From: Camelus dromedarius
Taxonomy: Eukaryota
DNA length: 64,000 nt
Direction: 5' to 3'
Assembly (NCBI RefSeq): GCF_036321535.1
Contig: NC_087436.1
Coordinates: forward strand, 69,194,001 to 69,258,000
This document shows positions 11,457 to 25,600 of the stretch, one piece after another; positions within the stretch are counted from its first letter, which is position 1; the number at the start of each line of letters is the position of its first letter. Position numbers and translations under genes: made by a program. The notes under the pieces are model-generated. The model made no database searches, was not told the DNA's origin, and saw nothing but the letters and a program-made list of their open reading frames with translations.

Positions 11457-12450
11457 CGGTGACATCAGCACAATGGAGGGTTAGGAGGTCCCAACACTTT
11501 AAGACCCACAAAAACAACAAAAACAATAAATGAATAACTACAAACTGGTGTTAAGTTATTTCGGGGAAAATGTCTGGACTACAATGAAGCAGCAGCAGAA
11601 TCCCTGCAGATTACAAAACTGAGGATGGCCACGTAGAAAAGCACAGGAAAGACTTTACCTACCTCGCCTCATGCCCTGGTTCAGAGCAGCCTGTCACAGC
11701 AGAGATGCCCTGGAGGCATTTCACCCCCTGGGGAAGAAGAGACCAGGAGGACCCCAGCAAGCCTCTCCACCCTAGGTGTTTGTGGCCTTTGACACAGAGG
11801 ACTTCCAAGATCTTTACCAACACGGATTCCAGCTGACAGAGCTGCCCAGAGTCCCTGCTTCTGTGTCTTTCCTGAGGCTGGAAATGTAGCTGTGGTGTGA
11901 CCTGACCCTTGGGGCCCCGTCCCTCCTGTAACCTGCTCTCCCTGATGGAGTTGCCACCGGGCCTTGCCATTTGTGTGACTGGAGCTGCTGCTGTGCACCG
12001 AGCCCCAGGTTCCGAGTCAGGGCGGGTTCCTGCCATAAATGTGGCCCTGCTGCTACTGCTTCGGACCTCACCCTGGATTCCTACTTGTGGCTCTGACTGG
12101 CCACTCCCTAGGCTGAGCTGCTGCTGCTGTACGCACCTTCCGTGAGTCCTGAGTCAGGGCTTTAAGCTCTCATTGCTGGGGCCGCAGGGCTGCGCTCTGC
12201 TCCTCACCCTGGGTCTTCAGCCAGCGCTCTGCCCCACCGTTACCAGGGCCACACCGCTGCTGGTCTGCACCCCACCCCCTGGGTCCTGACAGGGGGCTTT
12301 AACAGGCCATCACTGAGAACAGGTGCTGATGCTCTGTGACGCCCCTGGGGCCAGAATTGGAACTTTGACCCAGTACATCTCCGGGCTCTACTGCTATAGG
12401 ACCATGCCCTCCTGGGCCTCAGCCACTGCTGCAGTCCCCCTCCCCAAATG
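11457..12450 (+). mobile_element. Old L1 5' UTR-like GC-rich fragment, divergent from gene A
   Basis: Begins gtgacatcagcacaatggagggttaggaggtccc, resembling L1M-type 5' termini (GACATCAGCAAGATGGCGG); GC-rich with internal degenerate repeats. Confidence 0.55.
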
Positions 12451-12459
12451 TATTAACTC

Positions 12460-14065
12460 TGTGTCTTATGCCTACAGTACAACTGTATGCATGGTTTACC
12501 TGCTTGCTTTTTATATTTATTGAGAGAAGAAAGGAGAAGAAATGTACACTTAATACTGTTTTGTATAATTACTTAATTGTCTTCACCCGTGCTCTGGTTT
12601 ATCCTGGTAAGTAGAACTGCAGTCTGTGTTTACTTTCTTGAGCACGAAGATCTTCCTTCAGTTTTTCCTGTAAGGCAGATTTCCCACCAATGAATTCTAT
12701 TTTGGTGGAGTGTGGGACAGAGGAATATCTGTATTTTGCTCTCTTTCTTGAAAGCAGTTTTGTTTGATAGAGAATTTTTGGTTGATAGGTTTGTAGCACT
12801 TTGAATATGTCATCCCACAGTCATAGAGCTTCCATTGTTTCTGATGTTTTAAAAGCAGTATCTTACTAGAGTTTGATTGTATGGATGAATATTCTCTTAG
12901 TGCTTCGAGATTTTCTGTCTTTAGTTTTTGACATTTCACTAGTGTCTGTGTGTGCCTGTGCTCTTTTTCTCTTACTTGGAATTGATTGAACAATTGGGAT
13001 GTGTAGATCAATTTAGTTCATCATATTTGGTTTGTTTTCAGGAAGTTTTTAAATAATATTTTCTTTGTTCCTCTTTCTTTTGGCACTCCCATTTTGTGTA
13101 TGTTGGTGTTCTTAATTTTGTGCCAGCATCTCTAAGCCTCTCCAGTTGTTTCATTCTTTTTTCTCTCTCTTATTTGGATTATATTATCTTTTGATCTATT
13201 TTCAAGTTTGCAGGTTTTTCATCAACTCCTACAAATTGACTGTTGACCGCCTCTAGTGAATTTTTCATTTCAGATACTGTAATTTTCAACTCCACAATTT
13301 CCATTTGTTAGTTTTGTTAAATACAGTTTCTGTTTATAGATGCTCTTAGATGGGATGTTGTTATTATACCTTTCTTCATTAAGCGTGGTTTCCTGATAGT
13401 AGGTTGTATGCTTCCAGGGATTTGTCCATTTTTTCTGATTTGTTCAATTTGTTAGAATATCATGACTCACAATAGACTCTTACAATCATTTAAATTTTTT
13501 AATTTAATTTCTCATTTTATTTATTTATTTGAAGGTTTTGTCTTCTTGGTAACGTCCTTTGAGTCACTGAACCCACTTACAATAGATAAATTGAAATTTT
13601 TCCCTTACAGCCAACCATTTGTTCCTCCCACAGGCAGTTTCTATGGCCTGCTGTTTTTCTCATGTAGGTCACATTTTCCTATTTCTTTTTATGTCTTGTG
13701 AAATTTTTCTTAAAGACAGTAACATTTAGATAATCGAGTGTAGCCACCCTGGATGCTGGTTCTCTCCAGTACTATGTATTGTTAGTGTAGTTTGTTTAGC
13801 GACCAAATGGACTATTTTAGTGAAGTTTGTTCCCCCTACAGTGTAAAGCCTCTGATGTGTCTACTTGGAAGGGGTTGCCGCAGGCATCTTCCCATCTCCT
13901 GGGCTGCCAGTGGTTTTAGTAGGGCACTCCTTTTGAGTCTTTTCTTACTGTTAGCTATCACCAATTGTTGGATGATTAGGCTAACGTTGATGATAATATC
14001 TTGGAAGCATAAATTGCTCCAGAGTCTGAGCCTAAAAGCTCAGGCTCTTTTGCAGAAATACTTTT
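12460..14065 (-). mobile_element. Ancient L1 (L1MC/MD-like) ORF1/5' region; continues at 20869-21790 after a nested L1
   Basis: Degenerate ORF1 C-terminal peptides (QPKILYQTKLLS; paralogue CQSKILYQGKLSFKSE at 50786-50980). Confidence 0.65.
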
Positions 14066-14553
14066 TAAAGACTTTGCATTCTTTTTCATTGAAGTATAGT
14101 CAGTTTACAATGTTGTGTCAATTTCTGGTGTACAGCACAATGTTTCAGTCATACATATACATACATATATTCGTGTTCATATTCTTTTTCATTAGAGGTT
14201 ACTACAAGATATTGAATAGAGTTCCCTGTGCTGTACAGTAGAAACTTGTTGTTAATCTATTTTATATGTAGTAGTTAGTATTTGCAAATCTCAGACACTT
14301 AGTTTATCCCTTCCCACTTCCTCCCCCCGTTGGCAACCATACGTTTGTTCTTTATGTCTGTGAGTTTATTTATCTTTTGTAAATAAGTTGATTTGTGTCT
14401 TTTTTATTTTTTTAAGATTCCACATCTAAGTGATATCATACGGTACTTTTCTTTCTCTCTGACTTATTGAGATTGACGATCTCCACGTCCACCCATGTTG
14501 CTGCAAATGGCATTATTTTATTCTTTTTTATGCTGAGTAGTATTCATGTAATT

Positions 14554-14589
<36 letters not shown>

Positions 14590-17500
14590 AAATTTTCTTT
14601 ATCCATTCATTTGTGAATCAACATTTAGGTTGTTTCCATGTCTTGGCTGTTGTAAATAGTGCTGCTGTGAGTATTGGAGTGCATGTGTCTTTTCGAATTA
14701 TAGTTTTCCCTGGGTATATGCCCAGGAGTGGGATTGCTGGATCATATGGTAAGTCTATTTTTAGTTTTTGAAGAAACCCCCATAGTGGTTGCACCAATCT
14801 ACATTCCTACGAACAGTGTAGGAGGGTTGGTTTTTCTTCACATCCTCTCTAGCAGTTATTACTTGTAGAGTTTTTAATGATGGCCATTCTGAATGGTGTA
14901 AGGTGATACCTGGTTGTACTTTTCATATGCATTTCGCTGATAATTATTGATGTTGAGCATCTTTTCTTGTGCCTGTTGGCGATCTGGATGTCTTCTTTGG
15001 AGAGATGTCTATGTAGGTCTTCTTTCCACTTTTGATTGGGTTGCTTTTTGGGTTTTTTTTGATATTAAGCTGTATGAAATGTTTGCATATTTTGGAAATT
15101 AGTCCTTTGTGGGTCACATAATTTGCAAATATTTTCTCCCAATCTGTAGGTTGTTTTTTCTTTTTGCTGTTGGAATCCTTAGCTGTGCATAAGCTTTTAA
15201 GTTTAATCACGTCCCATGTGGTTACTTTTGCTTTGATTTGCATTACTCTGTGGGCTGGTTTGAAAAAAAACTATTGCTTCGATTCATGTCAAAGAGTGTT
15301 CTGCCTATGTTTTCCTCTAGGAATTTTATAGTATCCAATGTTACATTTAGATCTTTAATCCATATTGTTTTATGAGGGAAAGGTAATTTGGTTTATTCAC
15401 TGATTTCTGCTTGGAGGAGGTACAGAGGATTGAACCCAGGACGTCTTGCATGCTGAGCACTACGACTTGAGCTATCCCCTTCCTACTCTTTAATGTATTT
15501 TGAATTTATTTTTGCATATAGTGTTAGAGAATATTCTAGTTTCATTTTTTATAAGTAGCTGTCCAGTTTTCACAGCACTACTTACTGAAGAGACTGTCTT
15601 TTGTCCATTGCATATTCTTGCCTCCTTTGTCATAGATTAATTGACCATAAGTGGGTGGGTATTTCTGGACTTTCTATTCTGTTCCATTGATCAATGTATT
15701 TGTTTTTTGTGGAAGTACCATACTGTTTTTGTTTTTCTTTTTTTGAGTTATAGTCAGTTTACAATGTTGTGAGTGCCGTACTGTTTTGATTACTGTAGCC
15801 TTGTAGTGTAGTCTGAAGTCAGGGAGCATGATTTCCCCTAGGTCCATTCTACTTTCTTCAGATTGTTTGGCTATTTGGAGTCTTTTATGTTTCCATACAA
15901 ATTTTAACATTTTTTGTTCCAGTTCTGTGAAAAGTGGCATGGGTAACTTGATAGGAATTGCATTGATTCTGTAAACTGCCTTAGGTAGTATTGCCATTTT
16001 AACAATGTTGAGTCTTCCGATCCAAGAACACAGTTTATCTTTCCATCTGTTTGTGTTGTCTTCAATTTCTTTCATCATTATCTTACAGTGTTTGGAATAC
16101 AGTTCCTTTGCCTCTTAGGTAGGTTTATTCCTAGGTATATTATTCTTTTTCATGTGATAGTAAATGGGATTGTTTCCTTAAGTTCTTTTTCTGCTATTCT
16201 TTTGTTAGTGTATAGAAGTGCAACTGGTTTCTGTATATTAATTTTGTCTTGCAACTTTACTGAATTTATTGATGAGCTTTAGTAGTTTCCTCATAGCATC
16301 TTTAGGATTTTCTATAGTATCATGTTTATCTGCAAACAGTGACAAGTTTTAATTTCTTCTTTTCCAATTTGGATTGCTCTTATTTGATTTTCTTCTCTGA
16401 TTGCTGTGAGTAGGACTTTCAAAACTATGTTGAATAAAAGTGGCGAGAGTGGGCATTCTTGTCTTGTTCCTGATCTTGGAGAAAATGCTTTCAGTTTTTC
16501 ACCATGAAGTATGATGTTAGCTGTGGGTTTGTCATATGTGACCTTTGTTATGTTGAGGTATGTTACCTCTATGCCCACTTTCTGGAGAGATTTTATCATA
16601 AATGGATGTTGAATTTTATCAAAAGCTTTTCCTGCATCTGGTGACATGATGATATGATTTTTATGCTTCAGTTTGTTAATGTGGTGTATCACACTGATTG
16701 ATTTGCAGCTCCTGAATAATCCTTGCATCCCTGAAATAAATAACACCTGATCATGGGGTATGAAACTTTTAATGCATTGTTGGAGTCGATTTGCTAGTGT
16801 TTTGTTGAAGATTTTTGCACCTGCATTCATAAGTGATATTTGGTGTAATTTTCTTGTTTTGTGGTGTCTATCTGGATTTCGTATGAGGGTGATGGTGGCC
16901 TCATAGAAGGAGTTCAGATGTGTTTCTTCCTGTGCAGTTTTTTGGAATAGTTTCAGAAGGATCAGTGTTAACTGTTCTCTAAATGTTAGGATTCACCTGC
17001 GAAGTCATCTGGTCCTGGACTTCTGTTTGTTGGGAATGTTTTAATTACTGATTTGATTTCAGTACTGGTAATTGGTCTATTCATATTTTCTATTTCTTCT
17101 TGGTTCTGTCTTGGCAAATTTGTAGGAAGTTTTCCATTTCTTCTAGGTTGTCCATTTTGTTAGTGTGTAGTTACTCATAGTAGCCTCTTATAATCCTTTG
17201 TATTTGTCTAGTGTCAGCTGTAAATTCTCCTTTTTCATTTCTGATTTTGTTCATTTGGACCCTCTCCCTTTTTTTCTTGATGAGTCTGTCTAAAGGATTA
17301 TCAATTTTGTTTATCTGTTCAAAGAACTGGCTTTTAGTTTCATTGATGTTTTCTATTTCTTAAAGTTTCTATTCCGTTTATTTCTTCTCTAATTTTTATG
17401 ATTTGTTTCCTTCTACTCACTTTGGGTTCTGGTTATTCTTCTTTCTCTAATTTCTTTAGGTGTAATATTAGGTTGTTTATTTGAGATTTTTCTTGTTTCC

Positions 17501-20500
17501 TGAGGTAAGCTTATATCTCTATAAATTTCCCTCTTAGTACTGCTTTTACCCTGTCTCAGAAGTTTTAGATCACTGTGTTTTTGCTTTCAGTTGTCTCTAA
17601 GTATTTTTGTATTTCCTCTTTTATGATCCATTGTTTGTTTAGTAACATACTGTGTAGCCTCCACGTGTTTGCGATTTTTGCAGTTTTTTTCTCTTTGTTG
17701 ATTCCAAGCTCATAGCATTGTGGTTGGAAAAGATGCTTGATATGATTTCAGTTTTCTTTAATTTACCAAGGCTTGCTTTGTAGGCCAGCATGTGGTCGAT
17801 TCTGGAGAATGTTACATGTGCACTTTAGGAGAATGTGTATTTTGCTGCTTTTGGTTGGAATGCTCTTTAAATATCAATTCACCCCACCTGTCTAATGCTT
17901 TTTTTAAGGCTTGTGTTTCCTTATTAAATTTTTGTCTGGATAATCTGTGCATTGATGTAAGTGGGGTGTTAAAGTCCCCTACTATTACTGTGTTATTGTT
18001 GATTTCTCCTTTTATATATGTTAATAATTGCCTTGTATGTTGAGGTGCTCCTCTGTTAAGTGTGTATATATTTACAATTGTTACATCTGCTTGGATTGAT
18101 CCCTTGAACATTGTGTCGTTTCCTTCTTTGTGTCTTGTAACAGTCTTTATTTTAAAGTGTATTTTGTCTGATATAAATATTGCTACTCCAGCTTTCTTTT
18201 GGCGTCCATTTTCATGGAATACCATTTTCCATCCCCTCGCTTTCAACCCGCACGTGTCTCTAGCTGTATAATGCATTTCTTGTAGACTGCATATATAGAT
18301 GAGTCATGTTTTGGTATCAATTTAGTCAGTCTATGTCTTTTGGTTGGAACATTTAATCCATTTACATTTAAAGTAATTATCTATATGTATATTCTTATTG
18401 CCATTTTCTTAATTGTTTTGGATTTGGTTTTGTAGGTCTTTTTTTCTCTTTCTTCTTTCTCTCTTCTCTTGTGGTTTGGTGACTATAACATTACAATTGG
18501 AGTCCTCTTTCTTTTTTGTGTGTATATCTATTATAGATTTTTGGTTTGCCGTTACCATGAGGTTTAGGCATCGAAGTCTCTCTCTCCCCCTCTCTCTCTC
18601 TCTCTCCATTGTTTTACACTACTAGTCTCTTAATTTCAGATGCATTTTACATACCCTGCATTCATACCCTCCTCCCCTTATGATTACTAGTTTTGATATT
18701 GTATTGTACATCTAATTATTTTGTGTATCCTTTAACTGCTTATTGCAAATACAGATGATTTTACTACTTTTTTTCTTTCAACTTCTCTTTAGTTTGTGTG
18801 TGGATGATTTCCTACATTTATTGTATGTTTACATTTCCAGTGAGCCTTGCCAGTTTGTAATCTTCTTGTTTCTGGTAGTGGCCTTTTCTCTTCTGCCTAG
18901 AAAGCTTCTTTAACATTTGTTGTAACTTTGGTTTGGTGGTGCTGAATTCTTTTAGTTTTTGCTTGTCTGTCAAGCCTTTGATTTTTCCATCAAATTTGAA
19001 CAACAGCCTTGCTGGGAAGTGTATTCTTGGTTTTAAGTTTTTCCTTTTCTTTTCTTTTTTCTTTTTTGGTTTTTCCTTTTCAACACTTTAAATATATCTT
19101 GCCACTCCGTTACAGCCTGTAGAGTTTCTGTTGAATAATCAGCTGGTAAGTATGGGAGTTCCTTCGTATGTTATTTGTTGCTTTTCTCTTGCTGACTTTA
19201 ATATTTCCTCCTTATTGTTAATTTTTGTCAGTTTGAGTTTTATGTACCTTGCCATGTTCCTCTTGGAGTTAATCCTGTAGGGGACTGTGTTTGCTTCCTG
19301 GATGTGACTGTTTCCTTTCCCAAGTTAGGGAAATTTTCAGTTGTTACCTCTTCAAAAAAAATTTCTCTCTGTCTTCTCTTTGTGGGAACTGTAGAATGTC
19401 AATGTTAGTGTGCTTCATTTTGTCCCAGAGGCCTTATAATCTTTCCTCATTTATTTTCATTCTATTTTCTTTTTTCTGTTCTGCAGCAGTGATTTCCACT
19501 ACCCTATCTTCTAGCTCACCGATCCATTCTTCTGCCTCGTATAGTCTATTTTTTTTCCTTCTTTTGTATTATTCTTTTCAGTAATTTTATTCCTCATTTC
19601 TGTTTGGTCTTTATATTTTCTAACTCTTTGCTGAAAACTTTGCTCTGTGAATATAATCTCTTCCCACGTTCTCTGGTCATTCTCACAATGTTTAAAACTA
19701 AACTCTTTCCTGAGTAGATTGCCTATCTTCTCATCACTTTTTTTCTGGAATTTTATCTTCTGCCTTTGCCTGGCACATACTCCTCTGATGCTTCATTTTG
19801 TCTAAATTTGTGTTTGTGTTTTTATGTAGGTTAGTTATGTTTATTGACCTTGGGGAAGTGGCCCTCTTTAGGAGACATCCTGTGCATCCCAGCAGTGCAC
19901 TCCTCTCTTGTCACCCAAAGGGGAAATGTCCAACTGGTCCCAGTATAATCTGGCCTTTGTTTGGGAACTCCTTCCACAAGTTGTTTCCTTACTTCTAGAC
20001 TCTTCCACCTGGTGGGTAAGGCTGAACTAGAGGGTTATACAGGTTTCCGAGAAGGAGGAGGCAGTGCCTGTTCACTGCTCAGTGGAGCTGGGTCTTGGCA
20101 GTCTGGTAGGCAGGGCTGTTTCTCGGTGTGTCTAGAGGTGGCTGTAGGCTCAGGAAGTCTGCTGAAGGAAGGAGTTGTGTTCCCATCCCATGTATTGTTT
20201 GGCCTGGGCTTCCCCACACTAAAGCCAGGTATCGGCACCAAAGATCCAAGGAAGATGTCAGCCTCCAGAAAGGCTCATGTAGGTAAACACTCTCCAAATG
20301 TCTACCACCAGCTTCTATGTGCCCAGCGTGAGGCAGAGCCACCCGCTTCCCCAGGAGACCTTGCAAAACCTGCAGGCATCTCTGGCCCAGGCTTCTGTGA
20401 AATCACTGCCTCAGCCCTTGGTCTCAGTGTGTGTGAGTTTCTGTGTGCACCTCCCAAGAGAGTGAAGTCTCTTTCCCCTAGTCCAGTGGAGCTTCTGCAG

Positions 20501-20868
20501 TTAAGTCCTGCTGGCCTTTAAAACCAGATGTTCTGGAGTCTCCTTCTCTCAATGCTGGAACCCCAGGCTGGGGAGCCTGATGTGGGACTCACAACTCTCA
20601 CTCCTTTGGGAGGGCATCTGCAATATAATATTTCTCCAGCTTGTGGGTTGCCCACTTAGAGGGTATTGAGCCCAATTATATTGCGAGCAGACCCCTCCCA
20701 CTGCCCCACTGTGGTTCCCTCTTTATGTTTCCGGTTGAAGTAGATCCTTTTTGCTAGCTTCCAGTCTTTTTTTTCTTTAATCGATGGTGGTTTAGCAGTC
20801 AGTTTTGTTGTGTTCATAAGAGGAGGCAAACTTGTGGGCTTACTACTCTGCCATCTTGACTGAAAACC
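14066..20868 (-). mobile_element. Near full-length (about 6.8 kb) decayed LINE-1 with 5' UTR, ORF1, ORF2 and 3' UTR
   Basis: Endonuclease peptide (IVGDFNTPLT, 17812-18276), RT peptide ([16 protein letters not shown], 16312-16830), ORF1 end (18818-19003) and 5' end CAAGATGGCAG near 20857. Candidate TSD cagaaatactttt (14053-14065) / caggtatactttt (20869-20881). Many stops and frameshifts. Confidence 0.92.
15368..15483 (-). mobile_element. tRNA-derived SINE (camelid Vic-1-like) nested in L1 ORF2
   Basis: Minus strand GGGGATAGCTCAAGT...GCATGCAAGACGTCCTGGGTTCAATCC shows Pol III A and B boxes; flanked by tctttaat repeats. Confidence 0.8.
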
Positions 20869-21421
20869 CAGGTATACTTTTGATGTCAGTATCTAAGGTG
20901 TGTTCTGACCTCTGGAAGCCTCTTAGCTGTTTCTTTGTCTGGTTTTCTTTGACAAACTAGCTTGGCAACAGTTTAGTTTGTGTCTGTCATGAAGCAATCA
21001 GCTTCCTTTTCACTGCTTACCAGGAAACCTTTCATAGTTTAAAGACACTCTTTGGGTTGACCTCTTTAGTCTGTTTTAAATAAAATGAGTTCCTTGGCAA
21101 TAGTTCGGAGGTCCACGTTTTGTGTCTTGAGTCTCCCTCTGGTCAAACTCTCTGAACTTTGACTTCTAGAGCTGGGACAGTGGCATACTTCTCTCTGAGT
21201 GACATTCCTGCTTTACAAGAAGGAAGTAACCTTTATTTTTAGTTTGCCTTTATAATCAGGGAACTTCCTACCTGGGAATGAGCTTAGGTGATGACTCTTT
21301 GGGATTCAGTATTTTCAATATGTCGTGCCTGAATAAGACCTCCACTCTATGAGTGGGGCTAGGTGGAAGAAGAGAGAATCTTGTTGGCCACACTTGTCTG
21401 GAACTTATCCTCTGTAACACA

Positions 21422-21453
21422 CGTGTGCGTGTGCGTGTGTGTGTGTGTGTGTG
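21422..21453. repeat. (TG)n microsatellite
   Basis: Direct inspection. Confidence 0.85.
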
Positions 21454-22609
21454 AAATTCAAGTGGCTTGACAGTTCTAAGAATATACCACAGTACTCAGA
21501 TGTGAATGTGGGGAGTCGGAGCCCTAAGTTCTCTCTGACCCTACTAGGAATATCTCTTACTCTGATTAAGGAAGGTGAGAAGGGTTGAGTTTTAAATAGC
21601 ACAGGTTCTCACTGATTTTACCATTTTGTATTTTCTGGAATAAATGTGTACTTGCTGTATGTCTTTAGGACAATTTCTAGACCTTTTAAATAGTCATTTA
21701 AAAATAATTTTTGTCTAGTTATGCTCCATTCACATGGAAGCTGGTCCATAGAACATGGCATACTGCCATTGTGAAAGTGGGAGGTTGAAGGAGTTTTGTA
21801 AATTTCTCTACATTCTACTTCTTGAACATATGCTGTGTTCTTGCGTATGTTCAGTAAGGGAGAAATCCTGAAATAAAAATAAATTATGTTCCCATCAACA
21901 AGAAATAATCATATAAAATCATGCAATGTAGTTCTTGAAAAGAATAAGATATATCAATATTTAAACAATGCAGAAAGATCACTAAGGTGTACTATTAATT
22001 AAAAATGCAAGTTGTAGATCAGTAATCACATTAACTGTACTTACTGTGCATCACTTATTTATAACCTAGTTACACAAACTGTATATCCTTCATGCACATG
22101 TATATGTAATAAATATGTAATAAATAAAGATTAATAAATAAAAATAAACAAAGAATAAAGACAGAAGATAGGAAAAAGAAAATCTTAATATTTCAGAAAA
22201 TTTTAATTAAAGAACCAAGAAGATATATGAAAGATTTATAAAGAAACCTGATTAATGTTGTAGTCTTGTATGTCTTTTTGGGAGGTTGAGGTGGGGCATT
22301 GCTTTAACATGCTGTAGAATGAAGCTTACAGAATGCCAATTTACTATGGCCTGGGGAGTGAGTAATTGGGAAGTAACTGTCTACTGAGAATATAGATTCA
22401 TTTGGGTGCTGAAAATAGTCTGGATCTAGATAGAGGTGACAGTTTACATCTCTGCATGTTTATTAACTTACACTGAATTGTATAATATTTAATGGTTAAA
22501 AAGGTGAATTTTGTGTTATATGAATTTTACCTCAGTGGTAAAAACCCAAATGGCTGCTAAGATTTGGTCAAGAGGCCATGGTGGAACAGCCCTTAGTTTG
22601 TAACATAAT

Positions 22610-25600
22610 TCAATTTATTTATTTACATACACTGAAGTGTAGTTGATTTACAATTTTGTGCTAGTTTCAAGTTACAGAATACTGGTTATTTTTGTAGATT
22701 ATATTCCATTACAATTTGTTATAAGATATTGAGAATAACCTCTCATGCTATATAGTAAATTTTTGTTGCTTATCTATTTTATATACAGTTGTTTTTTGTT
22801 ACATATTCGTTATTTGTCCCTCCCCACCTCTAGTTTAGTAACCATAACTTTACTGTCCATATCTATGAGTCTGTTTCTGTTTTGTGTATAGATTCATTTG
22901 TATTATTGTTTAGATTAAACATATAGGCAATATCTTACAATATTTGTCTCTCTGTGTCTGACTTATTTTACCAAGCCCAGTATTCTTTAGGTCCATCCAT
23001 GTTGCTGCAAATAATTTTATATTCTTTTTTATGACTGAATAATAGTCCATTTTACATATGTACCACCTGTTCTTTAGACAGAGTTCTGTTGATGGGTACT
23101 TGGTTTGCTTCCATGTTTTGGTTATTACAAATACTGCTGCTATGAACATTGGAATTCTTGGATCTTTTGAAACAAGAGAGTAGTGGAATTTCTGAACCAT
23201 GTATTAGTTCTATTTTTAAGTTTTATGAGTCTCCATTCTTTTTTCCAAAGTGGTTGCACCAATGTACATTCCCACCAACAGTGTAGAAGGGTTCCCTTTT
23301 CTCTACGTCTTCTTCAGTCTTTACTACTGGTAGACTTTTGATGATACTCATTCTAACCAGTATGAAGTGTTACCTCATTGTGATTTTGATTTGCATTTCT
23401 GTAGTAATTAGCAATGTTGAGCATATTTTCATGTGATTGTTACACATGCATATGTCTTCTTTGGAAAAATGTCTATTCAGTTCTTCTGCCCAGTTTTTGA
23501 TTGGATTGTTTTTTGATATTGAGTTGTATGAGCTGTTTTTGTATTTTGGATATTAACTCATTACTGGTCACATCATTTGCAGCTAGTTTCTCGCATTCCA
23601 TAGGTTGTGTTTTCAATTCGTCCGTGGTTTCCTTTGCTGTTCAAAAGCTTTTAGGTTTCATTAGGTCGCATTTGCTTACTTTTGCTGTTATTTATTTTTC
23701 CGTTGGGGACCAATCTAAGAAAATTTTGCTGATTTATGTTAAAGAGAGTTTTACCTATGTTCTGTTCTAGGAGTTTCATGATGTCAAGCCTTATATTTAT
23801 GTCTTTAAACTAATTTGAGTTTATTTTTGTATTTGGTGTCAGGGAATGTTCTAGTCTCATTGTTTTTAATGTGACTGTCCAGTTGTCCATTACCATTTGT
23901 TGAATAGACTGTGTTTTCTCTTTTGTATATTCTGACTCCTTTGTCATAGATTGACTTTAGGTAGATGGTTTATTTCTGGGCTCTGTGTTCTGTTCCATTG
24001 TTCCATGTGTCTGTTTTTGTGCCAATTCCACACTGTTTTCATTACTGCAGCTTTGCAGTTTTGGCTGAAGTCTGGAAGGGTTGTATCACTAACTTCATTC
24101 TTTTTCCTCCAGATTGCTTTTCCCACTTGCGGTCTTTTGTGGTTCCATATAAATTTTAGTATCATTTGTCCTAGTTTTATGAAACATATCCTGGGTATTT
24201 TGGTGGTGATTGCATGAAATCTGTAGATTGTTTTGAGTAATATAGCCACTTAAACAGTGTTAATTCTTCCAATGCAAGAGCAAGAGATATCTTCTCATTT
24301 CTTTCAATCATCTTCAGTTTCTTCATCAATGTTTTATAGTTTTCAGTGTATAGGTCTTTCAACTCTTTGGTTAAGTTGATTCCTAGATAATTTAATTTGA
24401 TGTTTTGATGTGATTTTAAACAGGAAAATTTTTTCTTTTTATTTCTGATATTTCATTGTTAGTGTATAGAAATGCAACAGGTTTCTGTATATAAATCTTG
24501 TATCCTGACACTTTGTTGAATTCATTTCTTCTAACAGTTTTTGTGTGGAGATGTTCAGACTCTTTACATAGAGTATCATGTCATCTACAAATAGTGACAG
24601 TTTAACCCCTTACCTTACATTTTGAAGAATTTACTTTTTTTTTTCTTGTCTGATTGCTGTTTTTAGGACTTCACGTCCCATGGTAAATAGAGGCTGTGAG
24701 TGGGAATCCTTGTCTAGTACTTGATTTTGCTGGAAGGCTTTCAGCTTTTTCACTATTGAGTATTATGTAGGTTGTTGGTATTTCGTAAATGGCCTTCACT
24801 GAGGTATGTTTCCTGTATATCCACACTGATCATAGTTTTTGTTCATAAATGAATGTTGTCTTTTGTTAAATTCTGTTTTGTGTTTATTGAGATGATCATG
24901 TGGTTTTTGATTTTCCTTTTGTTAATTTAATTATCACACTGATAGGGTTGCATCTGTTGAACCATCCTTGTTCCATCATAATTCCAATTTGATCAGGTCA
25001 ATAATCCTTCATATATATATTTGGATTTTTTGGCTAATATTTCATTGAGAATTTTTGCATCTTTATTCATCAAAATATTGGCTTGTAAATTTTTTTGTCA
25101 TGTCTTTGATATCAGGGCTAATATTTGCCTTGTAGAATTCATGTGAGGTGTTTCATCATCTTCAATTTTTTGGAATAATTTGAAAAGGGTAGATATAAGT
25201 TCTCTTTTATATTTTAGGTAGAAGTACCATGTGAAGCCATCTGTTCCTGGACTTTTGTTTACAGGCAAAACTTTTTTTTTTTTTTAACTTACAGCATCTA
25301 TTTCACTTCTAGTGATTAGTTTGTTCAAATTGTGTCTTAAGTCAGTCTTGGCAAGTTGTATATCTCTAAAAATTCATACATTTCTTCTAGGTTGTCCCAG
25401 TTTTTGGCATATAATGATTCATAGTATTCTCATGTGGTTTTTTGTATCTCAATGGTATTGGTTTTTATTCTTTTTCTTTCATTTGTTATTTTGTTTATTT
25501 GCGTCTACTCTCTTCTTGTTGAGCACAACTGAATGTCAGTTTTATTTGTTAAAACAGAGCTCTTGGTTTTTTGATCTTTTCTAATGGTTTTTTAGTCTTG

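Larger units (their letters stand above)
1..13437 (+). repeat. Tandem segmental duplication, copy 1 (paralogous to about 39198-51590)
   Basis: Window start tggggagtcactggtaataaaaaggagctg recurs at 39198. Exon offsets are 39196-39243 and introns are colinear, including shared repeats. Confidence 0.95.

Noticed and set aside
19798..20521. Clusters of overlapping GC-rich ORFs (also 11659-12145, 28204-28976, 58057-59382)
   Set aside because: They lie in L1 5' UTRs where stops are rare, and the peptides are not conserved in frame between related copies.
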